This document shows, in pieces, positions 1 through 5,816 of a stretch of DNA of 5,852 nt. Every line of letters begins with the position of its first letter. Positions within the stretch are counted from its first letter, which is position 1. Source of the DNA: a virus (Duplodnaviria; Heunggongvirae; Uroviricota; Caudoviricetes); IMG/VR virus record IMGVR_UViG_2698536408_000010; one strand, 5' to 3'. A program made the position numbers and the translations under genes. The notes beneath the pieces were generated by a model. That model did not search any database. It was not told the DNA's origin and saw nothing but the letters and a program-made list of their open reading frames with translations.

Positions 1-2
1 TC

Positions 3-417
3 CAGTATCCGGATGGTAAGCCGCCGGTATGGGCAAAGTGTACGAAAGGTGTGTATCCGTCTTACTGGGAAGAATGGAAAAAAGTCAGGGAGGTGGTAAA
101 AGTTGCCTGTCCGGAGTGTGGCGGAAAGGGTGAGGTTTCCACCGCCTGTAAGGATTGCCGTGGGCGTGGTGTCGCCATTCATCGTGAAGAGTCGGTAAAA
201 CGTGGTATGCCTGTTATCAGAGACTGCCAGCGTTGTGGTGGTCGTGGCTATGAAAGACTACCATCAACGGAGGCATTTAATGCTATATGCGAGGTGACAA
301 ACCAGATAACACGCGCGTCATGGGAAAAAACAGTTAAGAAATTCTATGATGCGCTGGTGACTCGGTTTGATATTGAAGAAGCATGGGCTGAGCGGCAGTT
401 AAAAAAGGTAACTAGGT
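3..417 (+). CDS. Cys-rich zinc-finger protein with three CxxCxGxG (DnaJ-type) motifs; partial (open at window start, 3' end lost in N run); positional candidate for lambdoid late antiterminator Q
   Basis: The frame is open from nt 3 with no upstream stop, so the ORF is 5'-truncated. Translation contains ACPECGGKG, CKDCRGRG and CQRCGGRG. It is followed by an intrinsic terminator, then a methyltransferase and a tRNA-Ile/tRNA-Arg cluster, as downstream of Q in Stx-type phages. The tail after the N run (GRFMPDVRR...) reads through the terminator and is not counted. Confidence 0.5.
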
Positions 418-459
418 NNNNNNNNNNNNNNNNNNNNNNNNNNNNNNNNNNNNNNNNNN
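418..459. other. Assembly gap or masked bases (42 N)
   Basis: Run of n characters; hides the 3' end of the first ORF and any promoter immediately downstream. Confidence 0.95.
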
Positions 460-497
460 ATGGGCGTTTTATGCCTGACGTTAGAAGAGTTTCTACA

Positions 498-520
498 ACC
501 CGCCGCCGAGCGGGTTTTTT
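498..520 (+). terminator. Rho-independent terminator (stem acccgc/gcgggt, 6-nt loop, T6 tract)
   Basis: Perfect 6-bp GC-rich stem 498-503/510-515 followed by tttttt (515-520). Confidence 0.7.
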
Positions 521-640
521 ATGACTGAAATCGCGTCAGTACAGTAAACGCGCTGGTGGCGGTGAATACCTGTCTTTCAGCTTGCTGGCTTTTTCGACAA
601 GAGTTATTGGTGTGTCACGTTAACCGGAAAAGGAAAAGAC

Positions 641-838
641 ATGCTAAAACAGCAGGATATGACAGAAACCGCCAGAGTGGTGTTTAATGAATTAAGCGTT
701 ACCGAACCGGCGACAGTCGGGGAGATAGCGCAGAATACTTACCTTTCACGCGAACGCTGCCAGTTAATACTGACCCAGCTGGTTATGGCGGGTCTGGCAG
801 ACTATCAGTTCGGTTGTTACAGACGCCTTCCGCAGTGA
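641..838 (+). CDS. Small (65 aa) hypothetical protein with predicted helix-turn-helix-like segment
   Basis: ATG at 641 preceded by aaggaaaag (SD-like) 6 nt upstream; segment ATVGEIAQNTYLSRERCQLILTQLVMAGL resembles an HTH/winged-helix; stop codon lies inside a terminator hairpin. Confidence 0.6.
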   Translation: MLKQQDMTETARVVFNELSVTEPATVGEIAQNTYLSRERCQLILTQLVMAGLADYQFGCYRRLPQ

Positions 839-848
839 AGGCTTTTTT
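825..848 (+). terminator. Rho-independent terminator overlapping the stop codon of the 65-aa ORF
   Basis: Stem gccttc (825-830) / gaaggc (837-842), loop cgcagt, followed by tttttt (843-848). Confidence 0.65.
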
Positions 849-865
849 ATTTGTGGTAAATGGGC

Positions 866-896
866 GGCTGGTGGGTGTTAGGGGCACCCACCAGCC
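866..896 (+). other. Perfect 12-bp GC-rich stem-loop without U tract
   Basis: ggctggtgggtg (866-877) pairs with cacccaccagcc (885-896), 7-nt loop ttagggg; no T run on either strand. Confidence 0.5.
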
Positions 897-988
897 ATCT
901 GCTCATGCGTTGGGTTCACAAGCAAACCTCAGGCCCACTGCTTTGCGCAAAAGCAGAATGAGCCTATCAGAGACAGGCTTAATGATCC

Positions 989-2047
989 ATGCTTAATACT
1001 GTAAAAATATCCAGTTGTGAGTTAATCAACGCCGACTGCCTGGAATTTATCCGGTCGTTACCCGAAAATTCTGTTGACCTGATAGTCACGGACCCGCCGT
1101 ACTTTAAAGTGAAGCCTGAGGGCTGGGATAACCAGTGGAAGGGCGACGATGATTACCTGAAGTGGCTGGACCAGTGTCTGGCGCAGTTCTGGCGGGTGCT
1201 GAAACCTGCCGGAAGTCTTTACCTGTTCTGTGGTCATCGCCTGGCATCTGATATCGAAATCATGATGCGTGAACGCTTCAGTGTGCTGAACCATATTATC
1301 TGGGCGAAGCCGTCCGGACGCTGGAACGGATGCAACAAGGAAAGCCTGCGGGCGTATTTCCCCGCCACAGAGCGCATTCTGTTCGCGGAACATTATCAGG
1401 GGCCGTATCGTCCGAAAGATGCCGGGTATGCGGCGAAGGGCAGTGCACTGAAACAGCATGTGATGGCCCCGCTGATTTCTTACTTTCGTGATGCGCGAGC
1501 TGCCCTGGGGATAACGGCAAAACAGATTGCAGATGCCACAGGAAAGAAAAACATGGTGTCGCACTGGTTCAGTGCCGGTCAGTGGCAGTTGCCGAATGAA
1601 AGCGATTATCTGAAATTACAGGCGCTGTTTGCCCGGGTGGCAGAAGAGAAGCATCGGCGTGGTGAACTGGAAAAGCTCCACCACCAGCTGGTGGATACGT
1701 ATACCTCACTGAACCGGCAGTATGCGGAGCTGCTGAGTGAATATAAACATCTGCGGCGGTATTTTGGCGTGACGGTGCAGGTGCCGTATACCGATGTGTG
1801 GACGCATAAACCGGTGCAGTTCTATCCCGGGAAACATCCGTGCGAAAAACCGGCAGAAATGCTGCAGCAGATAATCAGCGCTAGCAGTCGTCCGGGTGAC
1901 CTGATTGCAGATTTTTTCATGGGGTTGGGTTCGACAGTGAAAGCGGCACTGGCGCTCGGGCGTCGTGCAATTGGCGTTGAGCTGGAGACTGAACGTTTTG
2001 AGCAGACGGTTCGGGAAGTACAGGATTTAGTCAGCCAGAACGGATGA
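989..2047 (+). CDS. Beta-class (motif IV before motif I) N6-adenine DNA methyltransferase, CcrM/HinfI-like, apparently orphan
   Basis: DPPY motif at aa 35-38 (nt 1091-1102) after NADCLEF...LPENSVDLIVTDPPY; C-terminal HPCEKPAEMLQQIISASSRPGDLIADFFMGLGST (HPxxKP plus FxGxG AdoMet motif I). 352-aa ORF. Start codon uncertain (weak SD before ATG 989). No restriction endonuclease gene nearby. Confidence 0.85.
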   Translation: MLNTVKISSCELINADCLEFIRSLPENSVDLIVTDPPYFKVKPEGWDNQWKGDDDYLKWLDQCLAQFWRVLKPAGSLYLFCGHRLASDIEIMMRERFSVLNHIIWAKPSGRWNGCNKESLRAYFPATERILFAEHYQGPYRPKDAGYAAKGSALKQHVMAPLISYFRDARAALGITAKQIADATGKKNMVSHWFSAGQWQLPNESDYLKLQALFARVAEEKHRRGELEKLHHQLVDTYTSLNRQYAELLSEYKHLRRYFGVTVQVPYTDVWTHKPVQFYPGKHPCEKPAEMLQQIISASSRPGDLIADFFMGLGSTVKAALALGRRAIGVELETERFEQTVREVQDLVSQNG

Positions 2048-2087
2048 TATTGAAGAATTAATTACGCGTCGTTATTATGCGGCTCCC

Positions 2088-2163
2088 GGCCCTTTAGCTC
2101 AGTGGTGAGAGCGAGCGACTCATAATCGCCAGGTCGCTGGTTCAAATCCAGCAAGGGCCACCA
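2088..2163 (+). tRNA. ileZ: tRNA-Ile2 (anticodon CAU, lysidine type; ileX/ileZ-like), 76 nt with encoded CCA
   Basis: Cloverleaf: acceptor GGCCCTT/AAGGGCC, D-arm GCTC..GAGC, anticodon loop CTCATAA, T-loop TTCAAAT, 3' ACCA. Close to E. coli ileX as recalled from memory. Met versus Ile2 cannot be distinguished from the anticodon alone. Confidence 0.85.
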
Positions 2164-2263
2164 TCACAAACCGCCATTAGCTTATCAGGAAGAGCAGACG
2201 ACACGATAACAGGGTTGTTGGTGCGGGGGCGGGTCCCCGATGGCGGTCCATTATCGGTATTCA

Positions 2264-2340
2264 GCGTTGTTAGCTCAGCCGGACAGAGCAATTGCCTTCT
2301 AAGCAATCGGTCACTGGTTCGAATCCAGTACAACGCGCCA
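2264..2340 (+). tRNA. tRNA-Arg (anticodon UCU, reads AGA/AGG), 77 nt with encoded CCA
   Basis: Acceptor GCGTTGT/ACAACGC, D-arm GCTC..GAGC, anticodon stem ATTGC/GCAAT with loop CTTCTAA, T-loop TTCGAAT, discriminator G then CCA. Confidence 0.88.
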
Positions 2341-2354
2341 CACTTATTTTCCCT

Positions 2355-2380
2355 GGCTCGCTTTTGCGGGCCTTTTTTTT
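2355..2380 (+). terminator. Rho-independent terminator after the tRNA pair
   Basis: Stem ggctcgc/gcgggcc (one G-U), tttt loop, followed by T8 (2373-2380). Confidence 0.7.
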
Positions 2381-2598
2381 AAATGTCTCACAATTCAGAC
2401 GGTTGACAGTTGTCTGTTTTGCGGGGAGTTTGTTAAAAGAAACTGGCATGGTGAATCCCCCTGTGCGGAGGGGCAATCAGCGAGTAGGTATATGGGATAA
2501 TCGCGGATTCAGGTGCTGGTACTGAATTCACCGGGAGGCACCCGGCATCATGCAATGGCACATAGCGCCACTCTCCAGCCCTCTCCGGAGGGGCTTTT
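2376..2598 (+). repeat. R1: ~220-bp structured noncoding module, copy 1 (near-identical to 4836-5060)
   Basis: Shares about 215 bp with copy 2, with about 5 differences. Contains TTGACA (2403-2408), several short GC stems (cccct..agggg, ccggg..cccgg) and a terminal hairpin ccctc/gaggg followed by tttt (2579-2598). Small ORFs inside do not keep frame between copies. Confidence 0.75.
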
Positions 2599-2827
2599 CT
2601 GTGCCGGATACATCACAGTTTCTGGAACCTTAGGTACTACAGTATCAGTCAGGGTGCTATATTTTCAGATGTGATGAAAGCCTGTCAGCAGGCAGGGCGT
2701 ATCGGAAATGACCCAGTAGAGAAAACGTTGACTCAGATACCGGTGCTGAGTTACCGGGAAACCGGCATCACATGACCGCTATCCTGAGGTGTACTGGCAA
2801 TAGCGGACACTACCATTTGTTCTTTTT

Positions 2828-3646
2828 TTAAGCAGCCATCTGATGATATTTTTCCCTGAAGGCTGCCGGGGAGATATTCCCCAGACGAGAGTGACGACGC
2901 TGACGATTGTAGAAAATCTCAATGTATTCCCGTATTACTGAGATGGCTTCATCCCGGTTATTAAAACGATAGTGGCTCAGGCTCTCATTTTTCAGCGTTC
3001 CCCAGAAGCTTTCCATCGGAGCGTTGTCGTAACAGTTACCTTTACGCGACATTGATGTTTTCAGACCAGACTGCTCCTGTATGACCCGGTAATCGTATGC
3101 GCAGTACTGTGAACCTCGATCAGAGTGGTGGATTAGCCCGGCAGGTGGGCGCTGGCTCCTGAGCGCCATAAACAGGGCTTTACCTGTCAGCTCTTTTGTC
3201 ATGCGCTCTCCCATGGCGTAGCCGACAATTTCGCACGTATAAACATCTTTGATGCCAGCGAGGTACAACCATCCCTCCTGTGTGGCAACATACGTCAGGT
3301 CCGCCACCCAGACCTGATTTGGTGCTGTAGGAGCGAACGTCTGGTTCAGCAGATTTGGCGCAACTGGCAGATTGTGGTTCGAGTTCGTAGTCGCTCTGAA
3401 CTTGCGTTTCTGCTTACAGCGTAGCCTTAGCTCCTTACGAAGACGTGCCAGTCGGTCACGACCAACGATGATGCCATTCTCTGCCAGCTCCGTCTGGAGC
3501 CGCCGGGTTCCATATGTTTCGCGAGTGCGGATATGTGCCACCTTAATCTCCAGTTTTAGCCGCTCATCACTTTGTTTTCTGTCTGAGGGTTCATGCTGTA
3601 CCCAGTTGTAATAACCGCTCCTGGATACACCAAATACCTGACACAT
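2828..3646 (-). CDS. IS3-family transposase OrfB (DDE integrase catalytic domain); in vivo made as OrfAB by -1 frameshift
   Basis: 272-aa ORF with HHSDRGSQY, MSRKGNCYDNAPMESFW and YNRQRRHSRLGNISP motifs typical of IS3-family OrfB. The frame stays open upstream to the slippery site near 3727-3733. Confidence 0.9.
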   Translation of the reverse strand: MCQVFGVSRSGYYNWVQHEPSDRKQSDERLKLEIKVAHIRTRETYGTRRLQTELAENGIIVGRDRLARLRKELRLRCKQKRKFRATTNSNHNLPVAPNLLNQTFAPTAPNQVWVADLTYVATQEGWLYLAGIKDVYTCEIVGYAMGERMTKELTGKALFMALRSQRPPAGLIHHSDRGSQYCAYDYRVIQEQSGLKTSMSRKGNCYDNAPMESFWGTLKNESLSHYRFNNRDEAISVIREYIEIFYNRQRRHSRLGNISPAAFREKYHQMAA

Positions 3647-3681
3647 CGCTTCAATGGGAAATTGTTGTCGCCATTGTTCGA

Positions 3682-3912
3682 TTAACGCGTATTTTTCAGC
3701 GACTCCTGTGCAAAATACGCTGTTGCTTTTTTTAATATATCTCGCTCAAGGCGAGCTTCATTTAACGCCTTACGCAGTTGCAGAATTTCAGATTCCAGTT
3801 CAGCCACCGTGCGGGAACCAGGAGTACCGAGCCCTTTTCTGGCGGCGGTAACCCATTGTCCTAAAGTGCCTTCAGGAAGAGATAATCGGGAAGCGCCTTC
3901 ACTGATCGAAAG
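3682..3912 (-). CDS. IS3-family transposase OrfA (HTH/leucine-zipper part), N-terminus lost in N run
   Basis: Translation ...TVAELESEILQLRKALNEARLERDILKKATAYFAQESLKNTR resembles IS911-type OrfA C-terminus. The tracked ORF extends through the Ns into antisense tRNA sequence, which is artefactual. Confidence 0.75.
   Translation of the reverse strand, partial: LSISEGASRLSLPEGTLGQWVTAARKGLGTPGSRTVAELESEILQLRKALNEARLERDILKKATAYFAQESLKNTR
3727..3733 (-). other. Programmed -1 ribosomal frameshift heptamer A_AAA_AAA linking OrfA and OrfB
   Basis: Seven T on + strand (seven A on coding strand) in the OrfA frame within ...DILKKATAYF; shifting -1 here joins onto ...LIEQWRQQFPIEAMCQVFGVSRSGYYNW. Confidence 0.6.
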
Positions 3913-3923
3913 NNNNNNNNNNN
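3913..3923. other. Assembly gap or masked bases (11 N)
   Basis: Run of n; IS sequence on one side, tRNA-flanking sequence on the other, so true adjacency is unknown. Confidence 0.95.
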
Positions 3924-3929
3924 GCTCCC

Positions 3930-4005
3930 GGCCCTTTAGCTCAGTGGTGAGAGCGAGCGACTCATAATCGCCAGGTCGCTGGTTCAAATCCAGCAAGGGC
4001 CACCA
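3930..4005 (+). tRNA. ileZ: tRNA-Ile2 (CAU), second copy, identical to 2088-2163
   Basis: Same 76-nt sequence as copy 1, including 6 nt of upstream flank (gctccc). Confidence 0.85.
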
Positions 4006-4105
4006 TCACAAACCGCCATTAGCTTATCAGGAAGAGCAGACGACACGATAACAGGGTTGTTGGTGCGGGGGCGGGTCCCCGATGGCGGTCCATTATCGGT
4101 ATTCA

Positions 4106-4182
4106 GCGTTGTTAGCTCAGCCGGACAGAGCAATTGCCTTCTAAGCAATCGGTCACTGGTTCGAATCCAGTACAGCGCGCCA
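4106..4182 (+). tRNA. tRNA-Arg (UCU), second copy, one substitution in acceptor stem
   Basis: Identical to 2264-2340 except A to G at 4175 (versus 2333), making a U4-G69 wobble; downstream flank differs and has no terminator. Confidence 0.85.
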
Positions 4183-4292
4183 TATTCATTCTTCCAGATT
4201 CCTTCCGGCAGAGCCTTATACTGAAATATACCTGGCTCAGGATATTGTTGAAAATATTTTATGTTTGTCAAAAATAAAAGTTCTGTTAAGTA

Positions 4293-4646
4293 TTGATTGA
4301 GTGTTTGTTATACGGTCTAATGGTTTTTTCAGCATTAAATATTTATCATTCATATGGTGTGGGTAGAGTGAATATTGATGAGGCGTCGGGGTGTTTCATC
4401 CTTAGGCAGCGTATTGATATAGTCAATGCAGCACGAGCAAAGGCCTTCAGCCGTTTGACAGTTTTGTTCTGTACTCCTGATCGTCTTTCGGGAAGAGACG
4501 TTATTATTCTGAATAGTGATGCTATACAGAGGGTTTGCGATGAGTTCATGGTTGCTAATTCAGAATTATTTGCTCTTGTTCAGGAGTACAACAGAATAGC
4601 CAGGACCTGTGGTATGGATGAACTTCGGATTACTCATCTGGGGTAG
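4293..4646 (+). CDS. Hypothetical protein (up to 117 aa), AT-rich cargo gene rich in AGA/AGG/ATA codons
   Basis: A 354-nt open frame in AT-rich DNA is unlikely by chance. 6 of 11 Arg codons are AGA/AGG and 3 Ile codons are ATA. Start is uncertain (TTG 4293, ATG 4320 or GTG 4367) and no clear SD is present. No family recognised. Confidence 0.45.
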   Translation: MIECLLYGLMVFSALNIYHSYGVGRVNIDEASGCFILRQRIDIVNAARAKAFSRLTVLFCTPDRLSGRDVIILNSDAIQRVCDEFMVANSELFALVQEYNRIARTCGMDELRITHLG

Positions 4647-4726
4647 ATACATATCTGGATTATCACCTGTTACGGTAAAAAGTGATTGCTTACTGTTTTT
4701 GTGAATGGCATTGCAGCAGCCGGATA

Positions 4727-4813
4727 ATGTCAGTGCTGGCTGACGGTGTGCTGGTGGCGGGTGTGGTGGTTGTTGCTTTCCCGTTGCTGAAAAAGAAAAC
4801 GCCAGACTGTTAG
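4727..4813 (+). CDS. Possible small hydrophobic peptide (28 aa, MSVLADGVLVAGVVVVAFPLLKKKTPDC)
   Basis: ATG-initiated ORF with a single predicted TM-like segment and KKK tail; GC-rich island within AT-rich DNA; weak SD (gga 3-5 nt upstream). Could also be a gene remnant. Confidence 0.25.
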   Translation: MSVLADGVLVAGVVVVAFPLLKKKTPDC

Positions 4814-4835
4814 CCGGGTATCAGTTAGCGGGAGA

Positions 4836-5060
4836 AATTTTTAAATACTTCACAATTCAGGCGGTTGACTGTTGTCTGGTTTGCGGGGAGTTTGTTAAAA
4901 GAAACTGGCATGGTGAATCCCCCTGTGCGGAGGGGCAATCAGCGAGTAGGTATATGGGATAATCGCGGATTCAGGTGCTGGTACTGAATTCACCGGGAGG
5001 CACCCGGCACCATGCAATGGCACATAGCGCCACTCTCCAGCCCCTCTCCGGAGGGGCTGT
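4836..5060 (+). repeat. R2: ~220-bp structured noncoding module, copy 2 (near-identical to 2376-2598)
   Basis: Same module as R1 with TTGACT in place of TTGACA and one extra C in the terminal hairpin (7-bp stem gcccctc/gaggggc, 5040-5057). Confidence 0.75.
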
Positions 5061-5076
5061 TTATATTGATTTTGTC
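5040..5076 (+). terminator. Terminator-like hairpin at the end of R2
   Basis: 7-bp GC stem with tccg loop followed by tgtttatattgattttg (T-rich but interrupted). Confidence 0.5.
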
Positions 5077-5090
5077 AGATGTGAGTAAAC

Positions 5091-5124
5091 TCCTTATGGA
5101 CTTTGTTGTTTTAGTCCATAAGGA
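5091..5124. other. Perfect 12-bp inverted repeat spanning the stop codon of the minus-strand 111-aa ORF
   Basis: tccttatggact (5091-5102) pairs with agtccataagga (5113-5124), 10-nt loop. It lies between the convergent R2 module and the minus-strand ORF. Confidence 0.5.
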
Positions 5125-5429
5125 CATATTTGCAGAGTGCAACGGTTATTAAAGCATTCATTCAATACGTTATCTGTATTTGTAGGGCATTCCTGGCTAT
5201 TTTTGATTGAATTCCAGAATGTTTTATTGAATGGTACTACGTTGTAAATGGTTACAGGTAGCACTTTGTTATTGAGCATGATGCCTGTGTGAGTCAGTGT
5301 AAATATACTTTCAGGAGGTAAGAAAGCATCCGATTGATACCAGATTATTAATTTTATTTTACTCCATATGACTGAAAAAGATATTCCGCATGATGGCTGG
5401 ATAACTGTATCAATCACAATCCACTTCAT
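5094..5429 (-). CDS. Hypothetical Cys-containing protein (111 aa), AT-rich cargo gene
   Basis: ATG at 5429 (minus) preceded by aaggaaa 5 nt upstream (strong SD). At least six ATA Ile codons. C-terminal region has 5 Cys ([26 protein letters not shown]). No family recognised. Confidence 0.6.
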   Translation of the reverse strand: MKWIVIDTVIQPSCGISFSVIWSKIKLIIWYQSDAFLPPESIFTLTHTGIMLNNKVLPVTIYNVVPFNKTFWNSIKNSQECPTNTDNVLNECFNNRCTLQICPYGLKQQSP

Positions 5430-5689
5430 TTAGTTTCCTTGTTTATGCCTTGCTGGTGATGTTCTGAAAAGTATAAATGATATTTTTGAATGTAAACCAT
5501 AGAGCAGAATTATTTTTCTGATGTTGTTTATTGTTTATTTAAATGCAGGGTGGTTTATATCTCGTCTTGTAGTTTATCCATGCATATCTGCTTGATAATC
5601 AGGTTTTTATTTAAGGTATGGTTTTGTGTTTTTTCTGTATTACATGTCAGGTATTTTAAAGAATTATTTTTCAGATGGTGGAAAGAACC

Positions 5690-5816
5690 ATGGCATTTAA
5701 ACACTATGATGTTGTCAGGGCGGCGCCGCCGTCAGATCTTGCGGAAAAGCTGACACATAAACTGAAAGAGGGCTGGCAGCCGTTTGGTAGTCCGGTGGCC
5801 ATAACCCCTTATACCC
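5690..5816 (+). CDS. N-terminal 42 codons of a small lambdoid-prophage protein (MAFKHYDVVRAAPPSDLAEKL..., possibly DUF1737-like), interrupted by IS end
   Basis: ATG 5690 with ggtggaaag SD-like sequence 6 nt upstream. The frame runs without a stop into the IS terminal sequence starting at 5817. The family assignment is from memory and tentative. Confidence 0.55.

Larger units (their letters stand above)
2785..3912 (-). mobile_element. IS3-family insertion sequence (partial; IRR end at 2785, 5' part lost in N run)
   Basis: Terminal sequence TGAGGTGTACTGGCAATAGCGGACAC (TG...CA type end). OrfA, A_AAA_AAA slippery site and DDE transposase OrfB on the minus strand. The same 36-nt end recurs at 5817-5852. 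Confidence 0.85.

Noticed and set aside
460-524. C-terminal extension of the first ORF after the N run (GRFMPDVRRVSTTRRRAGFL)
   Set aside because: Frame continuity across the Ns is arbitrary and the segment reads through the terminator hairpin.
814-996. 60-aa + ORF overlapping the end of the HTH gene and the intergenic hairpins
   Set aside because: Runs through the terminator and the 12-bp hairpin, has no SD, and its translation is low-complexity.
1058-1564. 168-aa and 74-aa minus-strand ORFs (1058-1564, 1296-1520) inside the methyltransferase gene
   Set aside because: Antisense to a well-supported CDS with conserved methyltransferase motifs; no RBS; typical shadow ORFs in GC-rich coding sequence.
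2142-2525. ORFs 2142-2333 (-), 2270-2476 (-) and 2292-2525 (+) around the first tRNA pair and R1
   Set aside because: They overlap the tRNA genes, terminator and R1; the frame within R1 is not conserved in R2.
2674-2775. 33-aa ORF (MKACQQAGRIGNDPVEK...) between R1 and the IS
   Set aside because: Short, no convincing SD, no recognisable similarity (checked by eye against Stx2A N-terminus, not similar).
3372-3851. Plus-strand ORFs 3372-3611 and 3654-3851 inside the IS
   Set aside because: Antisense to IS3-family OrfA/OrfB, which have clear transposase motifs.
3984-4271. 95-aa minus-strand ORF over the second tRNA pair
   Set aside because: Antisense read-through of the tRNA genes, with the same peptide text as the artefactual ORF over copy 1.
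4346-4549. 67-aa minus-strand ORF antisense to the 117-aa cargo ORF
   Set aside because: No SD; shorter than and fully contained in the opposite-strand ORF. Not excluded, but less likely.
2341-5690. Shiga toxin genes (stxA/stxB) downstream of the tRNA cluster
   Set aside because: Specifically looked for; no ORF resembling the Stx A or B subunit is present. The position is occupied by other cargo and the IS.
5550-5753. 67-aa + ORF overlapping the start of the backbone gene
   Set aside because: Out of frame with the SD-supported ATG at 5690; N-terminal part lies in promoter-like AT-rich DNA; low-complexity translation.
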